Shown here: positions 1 to 10,437 of the stretch, one piece after another
Numbering within the stretch: position 1 is the first letter of the stretch
How the letters are laid out: every line of letters begins with the position of its first letter
Assembly (NCBI GenBank): GCA_002269645.1
Contig: NIVC01000797.1
Coordinates: forward strand, 378,722 to 442,721
Direction: 5' to 3'
Source of the DNA: Macrostomum lignano
Lineage: Eukaryota
DNA length: 64,000 nt
Made by a program: the position numbers and the translations under genes
The notes under the pieces: model-generated
The model's database searches: none
The model's input: only the letters and a program-made list of their open reading frames with translations
Told to the model about the DNA's origin: nothing

Positions 1-1
1 G

Positions 2-336
2 CTGCCCGGATTGGTCATCATGTCGGACGTGCTCGATCAAGCTGAACTGGCTCACCAGTACAAAATTTCGATGACGTACGGCTGGACTGCCATCATGCAC
101 GGTGGAATTCAATCTCCGGGTAGCGACGAGCCGACTGGCGGTTTCCGCTGGGTGAGCTGCGATTTGGAGGTCAGCGGCAGTGGAAGTCTTTGGGCACCTA
201 ACGAGCCCAACAATTGGGCTGGAGCTGAACTGGTTGTGACCTCGGAAACTGTCAAGGCGGCAAACTGCTGGACAATCAGGAGACCAGTTCTGAGTACATT
301 GGAGGTCTGATGGAGTGCGTCTCTCCGTTCGACTGA
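2..336 (+). pseudogene. C-type lectin domain, 3' part, frameshifted; 5' end lies outside the window
   Basis: Frame 2 reads ...GGFRWVSC...SLWAPNEPNN (CTLD W-x3-EPN motif). Frame 1 from about 244 reads GNCQGGKLLDNQ...LMECVSPFD* (stop 334-336), sharing the ECVSPF terminus of the paralog at 24251. A frameshift is needed at about 229-245. Confidence 0.7.
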
Positions 337-1280
337 TTCGCATCCAACCGGCGGTTGGAATTGGAAACATGCTGGGGCATTCGACTAAATTTACAATTTG
401 TTTTTTTACGTTGAGTCAAACTTTATGCCTTTTACGTTATATTTATGCTTACTGGCAGTAGAGGACATAAATCGTACCAGTCTATAACAGTTTATTTGAT
501 ATAGCTTACCGGTATTAAGTTAACATATTTCTTGCAATTCTATGAGCTAAAATGTTCCTAAGCCTTTACTATAAAACTCTTTTTTTCTATAATAAATAAG
601 GAGATGCAGCGGTTTTTCTAGAATAAAAAGTACGAAAGAGTCCGAATTGACAAGCCGTAATTACATTTTGGCTACGACTGTAATTACTGCAAAGCATATA
701 TTAGTAGTAGTATTTTACTTTACTATAAAAAACTCATATTTGGCTTATAAGTTCATCACGGCTAGACAATTTCCTGAGGGGACTGGGGCTTATAACCGCA
801 GCTGTAGGGATCGGGTCTAAAACCAAACCTGCAGATCGTTGCCTCATCTCTGCTCAGTCTGACTGCGCAACAGCATATCAATTGTGGCGTAGAGTGCCTG
901 CTCTTGTGTATGAGCTCTCGCTATCTGACCGGATCGTTACAGACTAATCTAATAGCGTATAGCTACAATCGTATTCACTGGCGCCACCATACCCGCATCA
1001 TCAGCCGCAACAACTTGAGCTGAAAGCAACTTTATGGGCATCCGACAATATTCAGACAGGACTATATGGTATAGCTGCCTTCCTGAAAAAGCTATATGGC
1101 TTTTTTATGCAGATGATTTCATACTGGGTAGTTCTGTCTGTATGATCTGGACATCGCTATGCATAAAAGCTAGTTGAGACTAATCCGGATTAATCTATAG
1201 CTAAGCTAGGGTTGCATCTATTGCATATGGGAGTTGTTTTAAAACATTTTCTCGGCCTGCCTCTCAGTAGGGGGGGGGGG

Positions 1281-1500
1281 GGCGTAGCCCAGCGGAGCGC
1301 AGCTGCTCTGGTGTGCCAGCGACCCAGGCTCGATTCCAAGTGCAGTCACATTAATTTGGGGCTAAATTGGAATCTCGGCTTGGCTCTGCTCGTGCAATTA
1401 ACGGCCTTGAGAGCCAACCCCCCAAGGCGCAGTGAAGTGTACATGCCTAACGACAAAATAAAGTTAGGGCCGCTGTACACTCCTGTGTGAGTGTGTGCCT
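1281..1500 (+). mobile_element. tRNA-derived SINE-like element
   Basis: Pol III A-box-like TAGCCCAGCGG (1285-1295) and B-box-like GGCTCGATTCC (1327-1337). The body 1391-1500 recurs, diverged, at about 35079-35185. Confidence 0.55.
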
Positions 1501-1814
1501 GCGTACGTATCCGCGCGCTTGTGTGCCTGCTCAGGGGAGTCGGTGGAATGGGGAGTAATGCCTCGCCGGTTGTGTGCCTATGTCGCTTAAAGTGCGCCAG
1601 GGTGCACACAACCCCCTGCCTCTAATAAATAATAATAATACTGCCTCTCAGTACAAGCCTTGGGAAACTGGAGTGACACAAACATTAAAAACTAGGAGTG
1701 ACACAAGCCTTGGAAAGATGGCCAGCTCTGGCCTTTGTAAGCACGGTACAAAACGAGATAGAAGTATTAATTTTGTAATGGTTAAATCAAACAGTATTAA
1801 TAATTATAGTTAAT

Positions 1815-2100
1815 GATCCTCATGGCGTCCTTCGATTCTCTGTTGGGGGATTAAACAATGGAAAATTAACCAGCAATGGAGATATACGAGCTAGAAGAAT
1901 CGAGGCAATGAATTTGTGTTTTTTGAGGCGCATCTTGAGAGTGAGTTTCAGGAAAGTTGATGGCGAACACCGGAGACGACAGGTGAAGTTTTTTGGCCAT
2001 ATTATGATGACAGGGTCAAGGAACTGACCAGCTGTCAGTACTGGGAAGATTGAAGGTGTAATGAACGTGCGACCGAGAAAATCATAAAGTGAAGTAAATT
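1815..2100 (+). mobile_element. RTE-clade LINE ORF C-terminal fragment (decayed)
   Basis: Reads RRIEAMNLCFLRRILRVSF...RRRQVKFFGHIM...TGKIEG..RPRK, the typical RTE ORF end (RRIEAxE...RR.LRI.W, FGHI, GKIEG, RPR), with stops and frameshifts. Confidence 0.6.
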
Positions 2101-2119
2101 CAAAGTATCGTAAAGTATA

Positions 2120-2411
2120 CTGAGCCAACAGTGAAAAGTCGCCACCCTTTGCCCCAGTGAGCATGCAGTGTCTTTCGACCAGCGTCTATCACCTGGCCAA
2201 CCATTTTGATATTTAAAAAATGTTTGAAAAAAATCAATAAAAACCGGGCGGAAGCTTCAATCCATCCAGTCTTCGCCCTTCGCTCTTCCCAATACCTCCT
2301 CGCCCAGCCCAACTCTGCGTCGTGTGGCGCAAGTTGCGTCACTCAAAAGTCAATACTGAGCTAGAATTTACTGCGCAGTCTCAAAGGCGGCGACTTTTTA
2401 ATGTTGTTGAG
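2120..2411. mobile_element. MITE with imperfect TIRs of about 30 bp, TA-flanked (Tc1/mariner-type)
   Basis: Left end CTGAGCCAACAGTGAAAAGTCGCCACCCTTT; right end reverse complement CTCAACAACATTAAAAAGTCGCCGCCTTT; TA on both sides (2118-2119, 2412-2413). Confidence 0.55.
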
Positions 2412-3371
2412 TATATATTGTATATAAAGTATGCATCAGTCAAAGCGAGGGGCGACGGGCGCTGAGCAATCGATAGCAACGTACGTGTACATGATTGGGG
2501 TGCGGAATTTATTGGGGGTGCGGGTGCAGATCGCGTACAATAAATACAATTGCAAGTACATCACATGTAAGTACATCACATGCATTGACATACATGTAAG
2601 GAAGAAGAGATTGTGGAAGACAGCGAGAATAACCACTCTAAAGAACCGGCTGTCTCAATGGATGAACATACAGTTTGAAAATACAGCTTCATACATCAAT
2701 GGTATACCCACTCTAACTCATTCTTCTCTTCCTATCTCCCTCGAAACCTTTTCTCATTTCCCTCTTCCTTTCTCCTCGATCTCTTGATCCTTGTTATCTG
2801 CTTTCTCTTCCTTTTATCACCTCTAAACCGCATCCTCGCTGTCCACTATTCTTTTCTTTGTCTCTATACATGTAAATTTTCTTCCCTAGATGACATTCTG
2901 TTTCTCAAACTTAGCAGATCTTGTCTGCTGTGCCATTCTTAGCAGAATCTTAATTGTCAATCTGCTCGGTTCTTGCCGGATCTTCAAAAAAGGGAGGTAC
3001 ATTTGTTTTGTGCTTCATTTGGCTAAAGCGTTCCAGCTGAACTAATATTTTATTTTATGACAAAATGGGACAAAAAATTTAAGAAAATATGCGATTCGAA
3101 GCTATATATATAAAAGCTAAGATCTTGTACGATGTAGCAAGTCGCCCAGATCTGGTAAGTTTACCTAAGTATTTATCATATAATACTCGTAGCGAAGATT
3201 TTGAACGTTCTTGCAAGTTTGCGCAGCAACCCAAGAAGATAATTCGATCTGTTAAATGTTAATTAAGAATCAACAAATCAATGTCTTGTAGGTTTCTAGT
3301 AGGTTTCTCTTGAGGCTTAATCCAAGAATAACTTAAGTATATATATATATATATATATATATGTAATTTAA

Positions 3372-3519
3372 GTGTGACGAGCTTTCCAGTCGCTCGGTTT
3401 TGATTGATTTTTCAAGTTTTTTTTAATATCAAAATGTTTGGCCAGCATGGTGCAATAGAAGTTGGTCGAAGGACACTGCTCACTGGGGCAAAGGGTGGCG
3501 ACTTTTCAATGTTGCTGAG
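3372..3519. mobile_element. Partial inverted second copy of the 2120-2411 MITE
   Basis: Reverse complement matches about 2120-2260 and ends AAGGGTGGCGACTTTTCAATGTTGCTGAG|TA. Confidence 0.55.
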
Positions 3520-4826
3520 TACATTATTGATGTCATTGAATATATTGGAGGCATTGCCCCGGCCTCCCCCCCCCCAACAAAATTTAATTATTGGGCAGGC
3601 AATTTAATTCCCACCACTGCCCCCGGATCCGCCACGCCTATTGTGAGTACCTACCTCTTCCTTAGACAGTGCAGCTACGGACTACTCACATGTAATATTC
3701 GTTTATACTTAAGTAGTCCGTGAGTGCAGAATAATTTATCCCACACATACAGTCAATCTGAATCTTAATTTACAATATAAAAACAAACGTTTCTTAGTCA
3801 AGAAGACAGAAATGAAGAAAGGGCTATTAGCAAAGATCAAAAAATTATAAAACAAGATTTTATGCGATTTTTAAGAAGAATTGTGTCATAGGCTAAATTC
3901 TCAAGCTTTGATTTTTGAATCCTTGCAATGTAAAATAAGTTTCTTGAAGTCCAATAATTCAAAGAATCGCCTTATTTTTGTTGTGATGACAGATGAATGA
4001 ACGAATGCGTTCTTGGCTTGTGGGTGCAATGCGCCTTAATTCATTTTCATTTATATATATTTGTATTCGTATCTGAACAATCTATGTAGTCAAAGTAATT
4101 AATATATATTCTAAATAATGTCTATATCTATTATTGAATTAAAACTGGATCGACTGGAACTCTGGAACGGCTATGCAACCCTACGACTACAACTACTACG
4201 GCGCACAGGAGAACTAACAGCAAAACACAGTGCATTCGCGTTTGAAATACGATAGAAATTAGCATACAGTAAAACAATAGTAGTAAAGTACGTACAGTAA
4301 GAATCGCGGAAATAGAAACTCACCACCGAATAACTACTAACTAAACAACAACACAATAATATTTAAGAATGCCGGACACATCATAAAAAGTGCGGAGATT
4401 TAATTGATACATAAAAATACTTTACAGCAAACGACATTTTTACTACACGCGCCCGGCCCGTGGTGAGTCGGAGATTGCAGTGAGCAAGTGATCATGTGCA
4501 GCCAGGTCAACAGTGCAGTGTATCATAAAGTGTATCAATGCGTGCTATAACTATCTCATGTTTTATCACTAACAATCACTATGCTTTTCTACTTTTGTTT
4601 CCCCCTTTTTATATAATCTACTTTTCCCAAAGCCAAAGCCAAATTAAATTAGGCCTGCCCTGCCAAAGCCTAAAATATTAATTAGCGTTTTCAGCCTTCA
4701 CTTTCAATTAGTTAAAGATAAGATACATCTTAGGCCTTCACTACATAAATTATAGGATAGGCTTGAGCCTACAATTCACACTTTCACTTCAGATATTGTA
4801 CCCTAACCCCTATAGGGATCTATATA

Positions 4827-5446
4827 GGTTGACGGTCATTTCGTCTGCCGCCTTTTCGTCTGCCAATATTCGATATAGTCGTTTCGTCTGCCAATATATA
4901 CAATATATAAATCGGAATAACTAATTATGTCATCAAGCTTCGCATGGAAGAGTAATGTAAATGTCTTATTAATTATAATTTATTATAATGCTAGGATTTT
5001 TCTGAAAGTTCCGGAGCTAATATGTTGCATATGAATACACAAAGCCAGAAGCAAATATCTCCAACCATTTGGAGAATTGCATGTCCGATGCTGCCATTTG
5101 TTGCACAAAGTCGCACAGTAGCGCATGTTGTCTGGGTCGTACAGTCTGTTTACAAATTACGCATGCGTCCATGGTGAAAAATTATCAATAACTCAGAAAA
5201 TAACTTCGCATTGATGCGTCGAAAGTATTATATAGGTTAGTTAGGTTTCGTAGAAAATGAAGAAAAAGAAAATGTATCAATATAAATAAGAAAACATACT
5301 TAAAACTTGCTTATACTAATTTATTTTAATTCCCTACATAAAAAATACTAAATAAGTGAACCAAAATAAACATAAATAAAAAAGTCGTTTCGTCTGCTAA
5401 AATTCTTTGGCAGACGAAAAGGCGGCAGACGAAATGACCGCAGACC
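4827..5446. mobile_element. 620-bp non-autonomous DNA transposon with GG termini and an 8-bp TSD (Merlin- or MULE-type)
   Basis: TIRs GGTTGACGGTCATTTCGTCTGCCGCCTTTTCGTCTGCCAA and GGTCTGCGGTCATTTCGTCTGCCGCCTTTTCGTCTGCCAA. Perfect TSD TCTATATA at 4819-4826 and 5447-5454. Confidence 0.8.
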
Positions 5447-8203
5447 TCTATATAGATATAGGAATAGAAATAGGCCTATAAGAAATCATTTGAAAGTTTT
5501 TTTATTGAAAATTACTTATGACTTGTTATATGTCATATAAATTATATGCTGTTAAACTGATTTTGAAGTCTTAAACCAAGACTAACTTGGAGTTCTTAGG
5601 CCTATAAAATATAATGAAGTTTTTTTTATATTTATTATCTTATGCTCATTGACATTTGTTATTAGGCTATCCTAAAAAGCCTAAGCTGATAGAATGATAG
5701 GCGGATAGGCCTAGCTTAGGCCCAAGCCTATAGGCCTATGCTACACCGTTTAGGCTATACTATACTATGCCTATAGCCTTTTGTTATAGAACTTTTGTTG
5801 GCTATATTTTAATCAAGAACCATCTGGCCATTTTTTTTAAAATTAGACTTAGCTTTAGTTAGGCCTAAAATAATTGTATTTTTTTGGCAGTCATGCATAA
5901 CTTTTAAGAAAAAATACAAAATGGCAGTGGGTCAAATATTCAAAAAATTTAATGCTTGCAATAGGCACTCTGTTTCTAAATTTAATTGTTTAGTTCTACC
6001 ATTTAGGCCTTTTTTTGACCAATATACAATATAGTATAGAATATATATTCATTATAAAGCTAAGGAGTTTTATGGCCCTTTGCATGATGCCGGATGATGG
6101 GCTTATAATTTAAAGGATTGATTGAATTTTATTATTGTTTGCCAACCATACTCTGGATCATATAGTATATGCCCAAAAATTTAGGCACGCATTGGCCTTG
6201 TATGCCAAAAGTTGGCATGTGTAGTTAGCATGCAAGACTCCTAAGAAAATAGTATACATACACATCTAGTATGCTAGATACACATCTAGCATACACATCT
6301 AGTATTTTATAGAATCATGTGGAAGAGTTAGTGTTAAGTAGAAAAAATCATTTCAAAAAGTTCATTTTAAACATAAATTTCAAGCTTTCTAGTTTTTTAA
6401 GCTTGTAACAGTATTTAAACAAATGTTTGTATACATTTATTTTCTACTAAACATAGTATAGACAAGAAAGATAAAAAAGTGACCAAATGATTTGCCAAAA
6501 TGATTCTTTATACAATATAAAAAGGTCATTTATTGTCATAATGCAAAAAGATAATTTATTATCATAACATTGGCATCATACATGCCCAACACCTGTCCAA
6601 ACCAAATGGGTGAAGTGGCCACTGGCCAAGGTAAGTCGCAAAATTGAAAATGCAAAAAACAAAAAAATAAGAGAAGAAAGAAAGGAGAGGAAGAGAAAAG
6701 GAAAAGAAAGGAAAGAGAAAGAAGAAAAGAAAAAAAGAAAAATGCAAGAAAAGTTATATACAAAGTGAGAATTAAGTTGCAATTAGGAAAACTAGATTGC
6801 AATCGTGGGAACTAAGTTGCAATTGGGAGAAACTAAGTCACAATTGGGAGGAACTAAATCGCAAATCTAGACAAAACTAAGTTGTACCGAATGGATAAAA
6901 TTTTGAGATTGGGCATATATGACTAGTATAGATTTGAGTGTAGGTGTGCATTAAATTTTTTTGGCATGATTTGTAACTATTTTAATTTTTGTTTGAACAT
7001 ATACCAAGCATGATTCAAACTATGGTTTGCCAACTAGTCTGATTGATAATTGATAAAAAGAAGGAAAGGGTTAAAAGGGGGATATATAATATATATGATG
7101 TGATATATGATATATGAAATAAATAAAAAAACCCTTTTTTATCAACCTGTAAAATGCTTTGATCTTATAATATTTTACAATTTAGAAAGGATAGCATAGT
7201 TGCAAAACTTGCTAATGGGGGCAGTAGTTAATGGGCCTAATTATAACTCATTCATTATTTCCAAATTGATATATAAAATATTTGAAAAACAATTTTTGGA
7301 ATGCTTTTAATGCTTGAATATTGAATTTGAATGGCCACCATAGGGGGCTTTTGTATGCCTCTATGAAAGTTCCAATGATAAAAAATTCAATTTTTTAAGT
7401 GGATCAAATATTGAAAAAAACATTGTTTTTTAATACGTTCAATGTTTTTATATTTGAACTTTGAAGTTTGAACTCTGAGTCTGAATGCCTACTATGGAGG
7501 CTTGTTAGTGTGTTTCTACAATTTTAAATAATAAAGTTTGATTTTGAAATGTGCCAAATATTAAATTTTGAATTTTGAATTCAAATGCCCCTATGGAGGG
7601 CTTAATATGCTAGAATATAAAGCTAGCTTGAAATTCAATATGCCTTTTTTATTAACCCTCTAACCTACTCTGATCTTGTTTGTATTATTTTACAACATGA
7701 GAGATTGGTGAAGTTGCAGATAGAGGCAATAGCTAATGGGCCCAATTAATTAATAAGACATAACATTTATACCAATTGGAAATAGGTCAAATATATGCTT
7801 TCAATGTTTTTAATTTAGATTTTTAATGCCTTTGATTTTGATTTTGAATGAGTAAGATAGAGATGTTGGTATGTGCATTTGATTTTTTAAACTTTTTTAC
7901 TGATGTTGGCTGGCATTCTGGTTTATAGTTTGGCATCTATAGGGCACCCAGTTTTATACAGAATATACAGGTATAGATATGGTTACAGAAATGCATATTT
8001 CCCATATCTAATATAGCTAGAGATATAGATATGGGAAAATTTGGTTATATCTAAACTCTGTAAAAACAATCCACTTCAGAGTCCAGCAAGCATAACAATT
8101 GCCTTCAGCTCGCTTGCTTTCAACAGTATCAGAGGCTCTGCTTTTTATCCAATATAATTAGTAGAAGTGTTGCTCAACAAGAGGCTAAGCTTGTCTTTAA
8201 TAG

Positions 8204-9920
8204 ATGCTGAAACTGCCCAACAGTGGTAGCAGCGGTGGAGACTGCGGCACCTCTAAAATAGTGGATGACAAAGTCAGCTGTCAGCTGCGCCTGCTGCCTC
8301 CTCAGCCAGTGACGGCGGCAGAGCAGCATTCGCCAATCAAATCTGAGGCCCTGGCCGCACCACCTTCAGCTATTCAGTCAGCTCCGTCCTATGCCACCTG
8401 CAAGGTGTGCGGAGACAAAGCCAGCGGCTATCACTACGGCGTTGTGTCTTGCGAAGGCTGCAAAGGATTCTTTCGCAGGAGTATACAGAAACAGATTCAG
8501 TATAGGTGTCTGCGAGATGGAGCTTGCCAGGTTAGTTGTTTTAGAGGACTGGAGACACATACTAGAATAACTAGATGAGGCAGTCATCAAATTTGCGTGC
8601 AAGCTACTTTCAGTTAAGTAGTAAGTCAAACAGAAGCATTTTAATGCATTTTTAAAAGCCATTTAAACTCATTTATTGGCTCTTACCCCCCCCCCCAGCT
8701 TAAACCCTCCAATCGCGCCTTTCCACTCTACCCCCACCCCTCCGCCCGCCACAATTTTTATTGCCTTTCTCGGAATTCCAGCCTAAAGCGGCCATGTACA
8801 TTTCAGTGGACTGGCCAATGTACATTGTGACTGAACCAATTAGCAAGTTGTTTACGCCTGCAAGCTTGGGCTTCTAAACTTATCAAAGTGATTTCAGCTG
8901 CCTTTATTTTTATAAAATAGCTTATGTATTCTTCTTTGCTACTGAACTGAAAGTAGAAAGCTGTTTCACTAAGTATATATGCCTGAGTGGGCCATCTAGT
9001 TATTTTAGAATCTGAGCTAAATCTAACCAACGATCCAATGTTTATGTAGCTTTCTAAGGATCTCCACCGTTCAATGGTTTTATTAAATCTTGATGATCTC
9101 GCTTACACAGGATGTCTCTCTCGTACACTCTCTGTGCCTTTGGGGTTGGCCTACGTGGTTGTGACGTAGGAAAAGCAGGAAAATCGCAGTGGGGGGGGCA
9201 ATTTTTTCTTCCACACCAATATGCCCAATATGAATATGTCTGAGTACAGAATCCAATAACTAATTCGAACCTAGGATGTGGCGTTAGTGTCAGACCTCTA
9301 CACTACATAAAGCATATCTAATATCGTGTTTATAATGCCTAACTATCTATAAGGTGGCCCGGATAAATCGCAACCGGTGTCAGCACTGCCGATTTCGAAA
9401 ATGCCTCGCCGCCGGCATGTCGAAGGACTCCGTACGCTACGGTCGGGCTTCGTCTAGCACCGCCGTCACTGCCGCTGCCGCCGCCGCCGCTGCTGCTGCA
9501 GTTGCTGTTGCAGTTCCTGTTGCATCGTCTGCTTCTACGCCGACTGCCGTAGCCTCAATCGGAGCCAGTGCCGTGGCTGCTCCCGCTGCTACGGCGTCGT
9601 CTTCAGCGACTTCGCCGTCTCCGACGACGCCGAGCGGCGGTTCAGCATCGGCGTCGACTTCGTCAGCTATGGAGAAGCTCGACTGCAGCTTCTGGGGCGA
9701 CGGCCAGATGCAGCAGCAACTGGACCAGCTGGCTGCGACTGTTCATCAAGCATTCGGCTCCGCTAGCGGCTACAGCCACTGCCGCGCTGGGGGCCTGATG
9801 GTGGGCCAGGCCCGCCACGCCACTCTGGTGAGCCTTTGTCTGTCTGTCTGCCTGTCTGCCTGTCTGTGTGTCTGTCTGTCTGTCTGCCTGTCTGCCTGTC
9901 TGTCTGTCTGCCTGTCTGCC

Positions 9921-9961
<41 letters not shown>

Positions 9962-10032
9962 GCCTGTCTGTCTGTCTGTCTGTCTGTCTGTCTGCCTGTC
10001 TGCCTGTCTGTGTGTCTGTCTGTCTGTCTGCC

Positions 10033-10065
<33 letters not shown>

Positions 10066-10224
10066 GCCTGTCTGTCTGTCTGTCTGCCTGTCTGTGTGTC
10101 TGTCTGTCTGTCTGCCTGTCTGTGTGTCTGTCTGTCTGTCTGTCTGCGTGTCTGTCTGCCTGTCTGTCTGTCTGTCTGTCTGTCTGTGTGTCTGTCTGTC
10201 TGTCTGCCTGTCTGTGTGTCTGTG

Positions 10225-10279
<55 letters not shown>

Positions 10280-10280
10280 G

Positions 10281-10311
<31 letters not shown>

Positions 10312-10380
10312 GTGTCTGTCTGTCTGTCTGTGTGTCTGTCTGTCTGTCTGTCTGTCTGTGTGTCTGTCTGTCTGTCTGTG

Positions 10381-10437
<57 letters not shown>

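Noticed and set aside
6536-6802. Phe/Leu-rich membrane-like ORFs
   Set aside because: Product of an A-rich low-complexity tract.
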